Source: Salisapilia sapeloensis CBS 127946 (Eukaryota > Protista > Oomycota). From it: DNA of 59,297 bases. Where the stretch lies: positions 1-59,297 of the forward strand of contig JAADVB010000102.1 of NCBI GenBank assembly GCA_023334545.1. Reading direction: 5' to 3'. Positions 32,637 to 44,088 of the stretch are shown here, piece by piece (the stretch's first letter is position 1; every line of letters begins with the position of its first letter). The notes beneath the pieces were generated by a model. It worked only from the letters and a program-made list of their open reading frames with translations. It made no database searches and was not told the DNA's origin. Position numbers and translations under genes: made by a program.

Positions 32637-33307
32637 GTAGTTATAAGAAAATAAGTTTGCATTGGAGGTAAGGAAATCATAGCTTTATCGATCTTTTTAG
32701 CTACGGCTCAAGTAGTGTGAATATCAGCGCAATACAAAGCCCAATCAGGAATCTTATGACGTTTTAATTAATCAAAAGTAGTGAGACATTCATTAGATGG
32801 CTGAAGCAGAACTAGGACAAAGCTAGCGAGGACGAGCCGTTCCTGGAACAAAGATGATTTTAGTATGCTTTACTGCTTCAAGGAGATGATGCCACGTTCC
32901 TTCATCGGTCCAGAGCAACAATGCTGTAAGGTCATATCACTCTTAAAAATAAAATTATTGACCGGGCATAAGAAATCGTATCAGCCTTGAATATCTAGTC
33001 GGCATCTTGCCTGTCTAAAGTTGCTTACTCTTTCCGAAGATACTGCAATCTATCATCGTTTCCATCGTACTTGTCTTGCAGACTTGGTAACATTATGCTA
33101 GTCATACTTTTCACCATGAACTAGGAAGAGATGCCATCATGTTTGGGTGCACCAACGTCGACACAACTATCACGAAATGCCCATGCAAGTAGAATGGTCC
33201 GTTGCCAGAGTTTCCAAGTATCTTCAAGTTAAAGTAGTTCCATCGCTTCGATTGTCACTTTAATGTGTCGACACATCACATACACAAGAGTGCATCAATC
33301 GACCAAA

Positions 33308-33653
33308 ATGATTGACAAGCGCTTCCATCGCTCGTTGCAGCTAGCTTCATATGCCTTCTGTGCCGCCATGACAGCAAAGCTTGTGCTTTTCACAGACTAT
33401 AACTCTCGACGTGGACGAGAGCAACCGCATGTATTCACTCCAGTACGTACTTGCAAACTACTATACCCTAGGAATTATTTATCCATGAATACTTACGTGT
33501 TTACATTCCTAGATCCAGCAATTCGCCGAGAGGAAGATGGACGACTTCTTTGGGGTGAATGAAATTGGCGAGAAAGCAGCACAGGACCAATCTACACAGT
33601 CGAACAATACAGCCGACTTGAAAGCTGCCAAAGAAGACAGTGCCAGAGCATAG
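33308..33653 (+). CDS. Small single-TM hypothetical protein (2 exons, about 90 aa), possibly mitochondrial
   Basis: MIDKRFHRSLQLASYAFCAAMTAKLVLFTDYN..EQPHVFTP|IQQFAERKMDDFFG, with a phase-0 intron gtacgt..cctag. Confidence 0.6.
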
Positions 33654-33702
33654 TGGTTATAACAAAAAGGAACAAGTTGTTTCATATCTTCAGAGACCTC
33701 TA

Positions 33703-35813
33703 TCAGCCACAGATTGCTATCAGAAGGATGACTACAAACCCGACAAACCCTCCAACCTTGACGAATTGCCAGTTCCGCTTCTTGGATTGATACAATCGCT
33801 CCATACTCTCGTCTTTCGATGTAATCACAAGCGTATGTGTGGCACAGTCATTGCTGTGGGAGTACCGGATGATATCCCATCCATCTCGATCCGACTGGAC
33901 TTGGTACTGACCGTCCGACACGAACACATTGTACCCATGGCTATAGTGAATATGTGGGACCGCCACTTCTGTTGATGCTCGAGGCGTAACGTCGCCCCAC
34001 TTGCCATTCTCACACACGTACTGAAGCTCATAACGTCCTCTCTGCAGCTCAAAAGTAGACTTCAATGGCAACCCAGCCACTTTCGTTGCGTGTGGTCGTA
34101 CGAACGCCAAAAGAGCTCTCCCTCCATCGTCGAGTCCAGACGTCTCGACATCCTTTTCGCCATCTTTACTTAGAATACTCAAGTCCTCTAGATTCCACAG
34201 GTCGCCATACTCGTTGTCGTTCTCTGGCGTGTAGCACCATAATGTATATGACAGCAAGTTGTGCTCCAGACACGAGATCGTGTTGTCCAGTGCAGCCACT
34301 TGGGCACTGTAGTCTCCACTCGAAAAGGCGCGTTTGTCGTTCATACTAAAGGGGATACCCGTCTCGCCGATTAAAGTCGGTGCATTATGCATCTGATCAC
34401 GTCCAAATCCTGCGATATTCGCCAGTTGCTGCTTGTGCGTCTGCTGCACTGCTGAAAAGCCAAAAGCAGGGCGTTTCGTCTTCGGATCGACCGTAAAGTA
34501 TGGCCTCCACGCGCCAAGGAAGAGTGTCACACCATCATACCAATGGGAAGCATTGACTGCATTCGGGAAGCGTTGAGGATCCACCTCTGGGAACTCTTCC
34601 GAGCTAAACTCGACTGGAGGCAGCTCTACAAACAGCATCGGGTCTTCCAGAATACTCCGCATTCGTTGGCAGAATTTCTAGTACACATAAAGCTAAGCAC
34701 GTCGTTCTAATAAATACAGGAAAGGAAGAGTACGTCTGCGAATGGGAGGTAACAGTCTCGTCCGAAGTTGGCGTTGGCAAAGTAATCTGGCTGTAGGAGT
34801 CGCGGCTGGCCGCTCGAGTCGATCTTCCACACTTCCTCCATGCGCCAGATGCAGTGATGCCCTTCTTTCCACGCACGCTTGCCCAAGGGGTCCACCGTCA
34901 CCCTCTTATCCGGTCGACCAAGCACATGCTGATTAAATCCATTCGACCAGACGCTGACTGTCTCCTTGAATCCTTCACCCAAACACATACCTTGGAATGG
35001 CGTCGGGGCATACTCCGCCTTTAGCTCATGACTGGAAAAGCAATCCGACAGATCCTTCACGCCAATGTACCCTGTCATGGGTTCGTTCATAGACCCAAAG
35101 CCAACCACATTCGATAGGCCTTGCAATGCTTTGGCCAATTCGGTCATTGCATCAAGATAATGGCTTTGAAGATACTCTTGCACCTGCACGCCGTTTACAT
35201 AGCACTTTGGCGCGTACTTGGCGCCACCCCAGAAAAGCGTGAACATGGTGGCACAAGCCAGCTTAAAGTAGTTTGTCGGCCAGGTCATTTTAGGAAACTC
35301 AGACGCTTTGTATCCACTCGTCTCGAGGCATAATGCAGCTTTCGTCGCTTCGAAATGACGAGGTTCAAATCCGACGCACTCGAGCGTCCACATTGGAGCG
35401 CCATCGCCGCCCGTCCAACGACTCCACACATCCTGGTGTGGATCCACGTATATTTGCAAACCATATTCCTCGGCTTTCGTCACGATATCACGAATGTACT
35501 GTAAATACTCTCGGTCGTACACGCCTGGACCAGCATGTTCGACGGCTTCCCAGGTTACCACGAACCGAATAAACGTAAGTCCCCACCGCCGAAGCCTGCC
35601 AAAGTGCTCATCTGCTTGGTCTAGTGGAAATGGACGGTTCACAAACGACACAGAGGCCGCATGATCGAAAAGTCCGTCCGTGTCGATGGAGTCATAATGG
35701 CCGTAGCCCCACGGGTGCTTGGACGACCCTGCGACGTTCACACCTCGTAGCAGCAGCACGCGTCCGTCGCTGTCGACAAATTGTCCATTGCGAGCTCTGA
35801 TATCTGGCGGCAT
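33703..35813 (-). CDS. GH5 endoglycoceramidase-related protein (EGCrP / steryl-beta-glucosidase-like) with C-terminal TM (2 exons)
   Basis: LLRGVNVAGSSKHP, FVNRPFPLDQADEHFGRLRRWG, HQDVWSRWTGGDGAPMW, acid/base MNEP, nucleophile IGETGIPF, and WNLEDLSI. Confidence 0.9.
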
Positions 35814-36111
35814 GTCAAGTGATATATCTCAAGAGGTGTGGTGGAGAGAGGTGGAATAAGGACGTCGACGAATGTCTTATTAGAGAAGTTTCGAAGTATT
35901 TGAAAAATGCCAACACATCATTCCAGTTCTTCTGAATTTACAATCGAGATTTTTATGTGGGATCATTCCGAATGGGACATGTATACTTGATCGATGGAGA
36001 ATCAGCTTTACTTGCAGATACTTGAAGCCGACTAGCTCCGTATCTCACTGTTGGGATGGAGCTTTCAGATACTTTGAACCTAGGTCGCTTGTAAAATGAG
36101 GTGGAAGGATC

Positions 36112-36134
36112 GATGCTAGTCATTGACTAGCATC
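36112..36134. repeat. Perfect inverted repeat, 11-bp arms with 1-nt spacer
   Basis: GATGCTAGTCA-T-TGACTAGCATC read directly from the sequence. Confidence 0.95.
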
Positions 36135-36383
36135 ACTAGAAACGAGAGGATGCTGTTGACATCATATAGAGTTGATCGATGTTTTATGACAATACTCACA
36201 AGCGAGAAGGCAGTAGGTGGGTCGCTACACAGCATGCATTTACCTTGTCCTCTACAAGTTTTCGCAATGCACATCTAGTCAATCCACAAAGGTATAGGAA
36301 GGAACACTTGACAAGGTGGATATAAATGCAAATGATGATATTCGTGGCATCTTGATCACACGAAGTTACCGCTCCAATTACGT

Positions 36384-36985
36384 CTACTCTTTCTTCTCAT
36401 CCGTTTCCTTCTTTTCCAGTAGATTGGAGGGCACCATGTACCCACGTCGACGAAGCGCTCGCATCACCATGGGCGTAACTGCGAATGTCATCGGCCATCG
36501 AATAGGTGCAGCGAGCTTGTAGATGGCATACGTGAGGACAAACGATCCAGCAGACGCTGCGTCCGAGACTGGGGCCAATGCTGCCGTAGATGACATGCCA
36601 GTAACCTCCAGAATATGATTTACATCGACGCCACTGACGACGCCAGCGTAGAGGATTGATAGATTAATCGTAGACAGCACTGTATGGGTAACCAATCCGA
36701 CTCTTCCGTACTCCACTGCAAACGTCTTCGCTCGTCCTCTCCACGATCTATCCTCCTTTGCCTTGTTCACATAAATATAGTTGACACTATAGAATCTCTT
36801 GTGTCCAAGGATCGACGACATACCGTTTGATCCGTGCTTTTATCCTCATCATCCACCTTTTGAGAAAACTGTCTTGCCCATGTCATTCGGCCCATTGATG
36901 CATTCTCATGACCAAGTTGGTTTACATCCTTCCACAAGACACAGCGAGCTAGTAGCCTCGACGGAGCTGTCCACGTCCGGCGCAT
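36384..36985 (-). CDS. FAM210: FAM210/DUF1279 mitochondrial membrane protein (2 exons)
   Basis: Presequence-like exon 1 (MRRTWTAPSRLLAR). EYGRVGLVTHTVLS, GVDV and FVLTYAIYKLAAPIRWPMTFAVTP match DUF1279. Confidence 0.8.
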
Positions 36986-37065
36986 GATGTCTACCAGTGA
37001 TCGGCTTATTAAATATCGTACATTTCGATACGCCAGTATTGTGGGTTTATCAGGCAGCTCCGACC

Positions 37066-39080
37066 ATGCTCAAGTGCATCCAGTCCGTCGCGAGATATGG
37101 TCGCTTGAGCCGATATGCTATTGGCAATGCAAAGATTGCATGGAATAGTTTTGCAACGAAAGATTCGTCTATCCAGACACCACACTTGGATGTCAAAACG
37201 CCGGCAGATAGAAAGCAAATGGCTGCTCTCATGTCCGAAGCGGTGCGTACGGAGAACCACACCTCTGGTGCGTACAATACTTGCAGACTTTTAGTACCTA
37301 GTGTCGAGCTGACGAGTTGTCGATGCGAATGATACGAACTAGACTTTGTACCGAGTGTGCTCATCCGACAATTGTGCAGTCGGTTCCAAGACATGAATAT
37401 CGATGACAAGAAGGAATTCCTTTTGATCCTCGCTCGTGACTTGCACGTGGATACGAACCAAGTAGGCAGCAATTAAAGTATTCAATGCTCTAGTGTTAAT
37501 GTAAAATGCAATGTTCATTAGGTGCAGCAAGGGATTCGCTACTTTCAAGCTGAGCTCGATGCGATGCAGTCAGGTAGCGTCGAGTGGGAGAAAGATGAAG
37601 TAGAGCGGTATCTGCGCACTTTTAGAAGCCTCCGACAGTCTCTGACGCCATTGTATGAGGTATTAATCCACCATTAAGCTAAACTTGTAAATACTAACCT
37701 TAATGACTTTGCCAGACATTCTTCCAGCAAGTCTTGTCACAGCATGGAAATGGAATGCTTTTCCTAGTTCACATGCGAGCTGATATGCTACAGATTCTCC
37801 GCAAGCGCATTGCAGTTGGTAGTGAGGCGTCTGCGCTTCGATCCATGGATGCAAGCCTAAAGGTACACCTCTTCCATCCTCATGTACTTTGTCTTGAGCT
37901 GACAGAAACACAAGAGCTTCCTAGCTTCATGGTTTAGTGTCGGTTTCCTAAAGCTCGAGCGAGTGACGTATGAAAAGTCCTCCGGTGAGCTACTAGAAAA
38001 GATCATTCGATATGAAGCTGTCCATCCAGTTGGAACAATTGCCGAGCTCAAGCGCCGATTAGGTACGTCGTGTTTTTGATGAGAAACATACCTATCGCAC
38101 CAGTTAACTCACCTGTGTCGCTCTTGTAGGCAGTGGCAGACGTTGTTTTGCATTTTTCCACCCAAGGTACTATATACTTAATCATGATTATCTGCATGCT
38201 CCTCATACTGCCGTATCTACAGTATCCCGGATGAACCACTAGTGTTCGTGCACGTGGCGCTTGTCTCCGAACTAGCATCCAGCATGGATTACATTCGAGA
38301 GGGCACAGAGCAACTACCAGATAGCACAAAAGCCTCTGCTGCCATCTTTTACTCCATCTCATCCACGCAAAAGGGACTGCAGGTACCTCCTACCATCTCT
38401 TCCATTCTTTCCACAAAGGATTTAATAACTCTTGAATTTCCGTAGGGCATCGATCTGGGCAACTTCTTGATTAAAGAAGTGGCCAAGGCGCTGCAGACAG
38501 ACCTACCTCAGCTCTCAACGTTTGCTACACTGAGCCCCATGCCACAGTTTATGCCTTGGCTAGAAAGCCAACGCCACACGTTAGATCGAGATCTCATCAA
38601 GAAGGAAGATATGGACGTCTTGCGAAAGATGTGCGAGGAAGAAGGTGTATTTAGTACAAACGAATCAGACGTTGGCGTCGTGTTGGATCTTTTGCAAGTG
38701 GACGGTTGGGAGAAGAATCCGTTACTAGAGCAAGCGCTTCGACCGGTTCTTCTCCGTTTAGGTGCACATTACATCTACTTGGAAAAGAAGCGGAGCAAAG
38801 CTTTGTGTCCAGTTGCCAACTTCCACATCCGCAACGGAGCCATCTTTGAACGTCTCAACTGGTTGGCCGATCTGTCACCAAAGGTATCTAACTCTATTGT
38901 CTACCCACAACGTTCATATCTGACGTGTGAATACTGTAGGGACTAAGTCAAAGCGGAGGGATGATGGTCAATTACAAGTACGACTTGGCAGCAGTGGAAG
39001 AGAATAATGAGCAGTACTTGTTGGCGAATCGTATTCCTATTGGGAAGCAGCCGAGAGAATTGTTGGAAATGGAAAAGTAG
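37066..39080 (+). CDS. MLYCD: Malonyl-CoA decarboxylase (multi-exon)
   Basis: LFLVHMRAD, WFSVGFLKLERVTY, LLEKIIRYEAVHP, RRCFAFFHP, AIFYSISSTQKGLQGIDLGNFLIK, FATLSP, PVANFHIRNGA and GMMVNYKY. Confidence 0.95.
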
Positions 39081-39169
39081 GATGGGCATTCAGAAGAATC
39101 GGTTTCAATTTCAGTTGCATGTGGATTGTTTTCACCCGTCGCGATTGAATTGTTCGTCCTACGTGTATC

Positions 39170-39926
39170 ATGGTACTTGCGCAAGACGAAATTGATGCTT
39201 GTCGAGAAGCTTTCCTGGCTTTTGATAAAGATCGGTAGGAGCTAAATGAACTCTTCTTTCCTCTATTAACTTGAGTCAAAGCTCTAATTCGTCTGATGCA
39301 GGAGTGGGACGATCGATGTGTGGGAACTTCGTCAGGTACTAGAAGGTATGGTCTATCCAGATACCAACGATACGGTATCTAATGAGCTATACATCAACAG
39401 CGATGGGACAGCAACCGACAGAGGAAGAGTTGTTCCAAATGATCAGTGAAGTGGATGAAGACATGAGTGGAGCGATCGGTTCATATTATTTTCTATCTCT
39501 TGTCAGAGTCAGTCCATTTACCCACGTATGCATCTTTCCATACTAGACTTTGCCGAGTTCCTTCAAGTCATCGACAACCAGAAAGATCGAGCAGCAATGT
39601 ACGAAGATGATACAGATATGAGTACGTGCAGCCAAGTTTATTATAGCATAGAACACTGAGGATACCATTTTAGTTGATAGTTGACGCTTTTGTCGCTTGT
39701 GGAGGCCAGTCCGACAAGGGCGGAGTTGTGCGGAAAGATACACTAGTAAAGATCATCAAGGGCGACTTCGGCCTCACGATTAACATCGAGGTACTTCTGC
39801 ATAAAGCCTAGACCAACTCGGTAACCCGACGCTAAACCTCATGCCTTATAGGAGATGATCAACAAGCTTGACGTCGATGGCAGTGGCGAGATAGAGTTCG
39901 ATGAGTTCAAAGCGATCCTGACTTAA
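39170..39926 (+). CDS. Calmodulin-like EF-hand protein resembling outer-arm dynein light chain LC4 (6 exons, about 148 aa)
   Basis: CREAFLAFDKDRSGTIDVWELRQVLEAMGQQPTEEELFQMISEVD, DMIDAFVACGG..DK.G, and terminal EF-hand DVDGSGEIEFDEF. The DAFVAxGG motif matches the recalled LC4 pattern rather than calmodulin. Confidence 0.8.
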
Positions 39927-40073
39927 GTTGGCAAGTAAAACAATTTCTTTCCTCCATTTCTTCCTATAAGTGTTTCGCAATAACAAGCAGAAGCAGTCGC
40001 GTCTACACTAGCTCTTCGATCAAGCTGTCTGCGCCAAATCTCCCTCGTTCCAGCCACCCTACCGTCCTACCTC

Positions 40074-41651
40074 CTAGGCGTTGTAGACGCATAAACTGTT
40101 CCTAACAGCGACAGCAACTTCCTTCCGCAGTGGATGCCATCTCGCCTGCATGATCTTTCTCGTCAAGTCCAGCGGAGCTTGCTCTGGCATTTGAGCAGGA
40201 GCAGCAACCGCCTGCGGAGCAAGTATGCCTTGAGGAAGCGAGTGGCGACGAGACGATGATGCTGTCCTTGGGTTGGGTGAGATACAAGTTTCACTGCGTC
40301 CGAGGCTATCGTAGATGTGGAATTGACTGTTGTACGAGCCTGTGACAAAGTGGCTTCCGTCTCCACTCACATCACACTCGAACTTGTCAAAGATACAATC
40401 GCTTTCGTACAAGTCGCCAAGCCTTGAACGCAAGTGTTCATGGATCTACACACGAGTCAATTACTATAAATAGAGCTCAGAAGAAGAGTAAGAAAGCGTA
40501 CATTGATAGTCGTCACAGGTCGAGAGTCCATGTTGATATCCCAGACCTTCAGCGTCATGCAGTCTCGAGAAAGAATGTACCTGCCGTCTGGAGAAAACTT
40601 AACATCCGAGATAGATGCGATGATTTCGGAAAAGAAGTTTCGAGGTTCGTTCTGTTCCCGATCTTCAAACACTATTTAAGAGCTCATTAGCTCCATGCAA
40701 CTAGCCACATACCTCTAAGGGAATACCTATGGTGTTGTTATCGCAGACGGCAGCCTGCCTCATGTCACCTAGCTTAATCGCACCTCGACTCGTGCTGTAC
40801 ATCATGACGTTGCAATGGGATGGGTGGAAATCTGCGGCCGTAATCACTTCCATCAGGTCCTCCATATTGTCCGGCTTGACGTCTACGATAGCTAGATCAT
40901 GTCGAAACGTTAGATTACCATTTGTAGTATCTTAAAAGGCAAAAGTACTAAAGCTTTGGTCGGAGTAGTTGAGATTCCAGAGGTTCACTCGCAAGTCATC
41001 AGCCGATATGAACGTCTCTCCGTCACTATTGAGAGCTATGGAGTTGATATGATATGCATGGGCATTCGCAAAGATCCTTTTGGCAGTCGATGTACGTTCG
41101 TGCTGGAGGACATGCCACTCAGGCAGCTTGATGTTAACAGGTGTTGCTCTTCCCATGGAGGCAGTCGATCCTGGAGAGTTGTACCGCGTGACTTCCCACA
41201 CGCTCCGCTCATGGACCTTCCACAGTTTCACCGTCTTATCGTTGGTAGAGATCAAGTAGAGTGCATTGTTGGACGGTCGGCACCAACGTATTTGATTGAT
41301 CTTCTCTTCAATGTCCAGACTTCGGAGGTAGTCGAACTCGGCCGTGTGGCTCTGAAAGGAACTGTACAGCGTGTAGGGAGCATCGGACGTTGGATCCTAC
41401 GAAATGTCCATGAATACAAAAACCTTTCGGACGCGAGATAGAAAGATAAAATATACCGAGTGACTCGAATCTTTGCCAGCATACACGTTAATCTGTCCTC
41501 CTTTGTTCCCGGTCGCTAGAAACTCCCCGGAACGGTCATACTCGATGGCTGAAATAACTTCGTTTTCTACGAGACTTTTCGATCGATCACCAGTAGTAAA
41601 GTTCATGCTCCAGCCATTTTGCTGTTGCGTTGGAGGAGTAACTCTCGCCAT
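40074..41651 (-). CDS. PPP2R2: Protein phosphatase 2A regulatory B subunit (B55/PR55/Cdc55; 5 exons)
   Basis: [67 protein letters not shown] and [13 protein letters not shown]. Confidence 0.96.
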
Positions 41652-41931
41652 GCTCCGTGCTTGAGGAATCGACGCCAGAGCGAGCACTGAAACGACTTAG
41701 ACTAACTTTAGCCAAATGCCCAGCTGTGGGCCAGTTCGATTTCTTCTAAAAAAACGGGATCGCACGGGCAGACGAAGCGCCTTTGCACCCTTCGCCTTGG
41801 TAGAAAGCTCGGATCCTTTGCTTACGATCACTATCAAGTCGAGCGTCACCCGGCCCGACCTGGGTCGCTCACCAGTTATTTTGACCTAGGTGGGAAGACT
41901 TTTGTGGTCGATCCACAAAAGCAAGACTACG

Positions 41932-44049
41932 ATGGGCAGGAAGGCAGGACGGAGGAAAGCGACTTCCGAGTCGGACGATGAAGACAAAGTGCTTGCCGAT
42001 GCACAGAAGGAAGTAGCTAAGAACAAGTATTCAGTCTATTTCAGTAGTTTCAGCAGCATGCTAACGATGTGTAGGCAGCGAGCGCCACGGAAGAAGGTTG
42101 CGAGGATTATGACGCTAGATGAGCTCGTCGAAGAGCACGAAGCGGATGTGAAGAAAAAAGCGTACTATAAAAGCAAGAGGGAGGAGAGACTTGCAGCGAA
42201 GACAAATAGAGACGAGAAAGGTTCGCAAAGCACTGCCTTGGGCAGCATGATTGACGCCATGGATCGTAATCTGGAAACGCTGGACGCAGACAGCCACTTT
42301 TTTGAAAGAAAAGATGAAAGCATATCCGAGGCCTTCGGATTCGTCTTCACACCGATGACAGAGGTATCATCTCGAAGTTTCCTCGGTAGTAATTGCAGGA
42401 TTGAATCGTTAATGGAGTAGCCGCTGTCCTACATTCCGTTCAAAGCGACTGCGTCGGAGCTTAATGGACCACTTGGCATGCTGTACAAAGCCCTCCAAAC
42501 TACGGATGAAGAGGAGTTGAAGCAGTTGCTATGGAGTAAAGCCCTTCTCCAGTTTCTAATGCTGCAAAAGTGTCCGAATGGATGTGTCAATGACTCTCAA
42601 GACAGCATACTTGCTGCAAAGAGGGTAGTCCGCCTTCCAACGAGGATCGCTAGGTGGTTATTCACGACTAGTATGCCTTTGTCTTGCATGTAAAACGAAT
42701 AGTATATTAAATTTTGCGTCTAGTGTCGAAACATTCCAGCACGGACGTCGTCGCCGGGTGTTTCTACATTCTCTTCATCTCCCTCCAGTCTTCCATGCAG
42801 ACAGTCAACAAAGCACCATTCGTACGTTTCTTTTCTCTGCCCGCAGCAATAGATGATGACGATGAGCGGTAATAGGAAGTAGCAATGGGTCTCCCGACAG
42901 CACAGACGTCTTTACCCATCGGAGACTTAAGTTCACTCTTTGATGACTCGGCGCTCTTCGGCATGGAATGGGAGCCTGCATTTATAGACTTTCTCTCAAT
43001 CTTCCGTCAGTACGGATTCAACGACAGCAAGCGCAGCATGGCTATGAAGAGCAAGATCATGTCGGAAGCTCCTGCACCTCCAAGTGGAGAAGACGTTGCG
43101 TTCCCAAAGACAAACATGATCTTTGTGCTGTCCTACCTGATAGCTTGTCTCCGTACCAAGTACGTATTCCCTCTCCCTCTTCTCTGCCTACAGCTAACAT
43201 GTACGACCTAGATCACTGCATCTGAGCGGATATGATGCACATCAGTACACCATCTTCTTCCTCCGCATGCAGTTTGAGAACCATCTAGGCAAGCAGATCG
43301 TCAACCTCGCTTCACGCTGCATTGAAGAGCTGCTCGAAGCCTTCCCTAGGAGAGAATGGAGAAAAGACTATGCGCCGTCGCTTGTGCTAAAGATCGCTGG
43401 CGCAAAGGAAGGTATGTTTAGCACAACGACAGGATGGCTAGCTGTCGCTCGTCGACTACCGTGCACACCGCGTGGTGCTGAACTCGTCACGGCCCTAGCA
43501 GTCTACGTCCTCCAGCACCGCATCGACCAGGCAGCTGACGACAGGGTACGTCCTGCTTATCCAGTAATAAACCACAGCAAGTAGTGAGAGCATGTGCATA
43601 CAGAAGCAAGTGAATGCGATGCGTTTCCCGCCATCCAGTAAGCTTGTACTCGATATCATTGTCCGAATGGTAGATGATCTGGAGGAAACGTACGGTCGGA
43701 ATAGCTCGACTGTGAAGAAGACGCACATTCCGTTTGGTGAAATCGGACATAAAGTGGCGTTCATGGACCACGCGCTAGAGCTCTATCTGAACCAAGTGAA
43801 GCCTCAGATGGTCAAGCCTCTCCTCGACAAGCTCGACACCTTTGTCAAGGCCCACAGGTCCATGATGGCGCTCAAGTGGCACGAGGTACTTATATATACA
43901 TCAGCCACCCATACCACTACTAACAATCACTACGTCCTCGACAGCTCAAGACGGTGGTCACATTGATGCGTCGCAAGTACGCTGCAGGCAACCTCCGTGT
44001 GGACAAGATAGATGCATCCACCAACATCAACACTGTAGTCATCGACTAA
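41932..44049 (+). CDS. Hypothetical protein with FAM178/SLF2 (CANIN)-like C-terminal region (8 exons)
   Basis: Seven GT-AG introns give one open frame. Segments WLFTTMSKH, WEPAFIDFLSIFRQYG, FPKTNMIFVLSYL and RLPCTPRGAELVTAL occur in the order recalled for the SLF2 C-terminus. The gene model is firmer than the family call. Confidence 0.55.
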
Positions 44050-44088
44050 AACTTCAAGTACAAGCGTATGTAGCAAAGCAAATGAGAT

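Noticed and set aside
32640-33260. Possible C/D snoRNA or hidden small gene in the 620-bp gap
   Set aside because: ATGAT-like boxes lack a matching CTGA D box and terminal stem. Trial splicing on both strands gave only short ORFs with early stops.
43412-43432. Apparent 21-nt GTATGT...ACAG micro-intron in the SLF2-like gene
   Set aside because: It is far below the 50-75 nt size of other introns and reads through in frame as plausible protein, so it is treated as coding.
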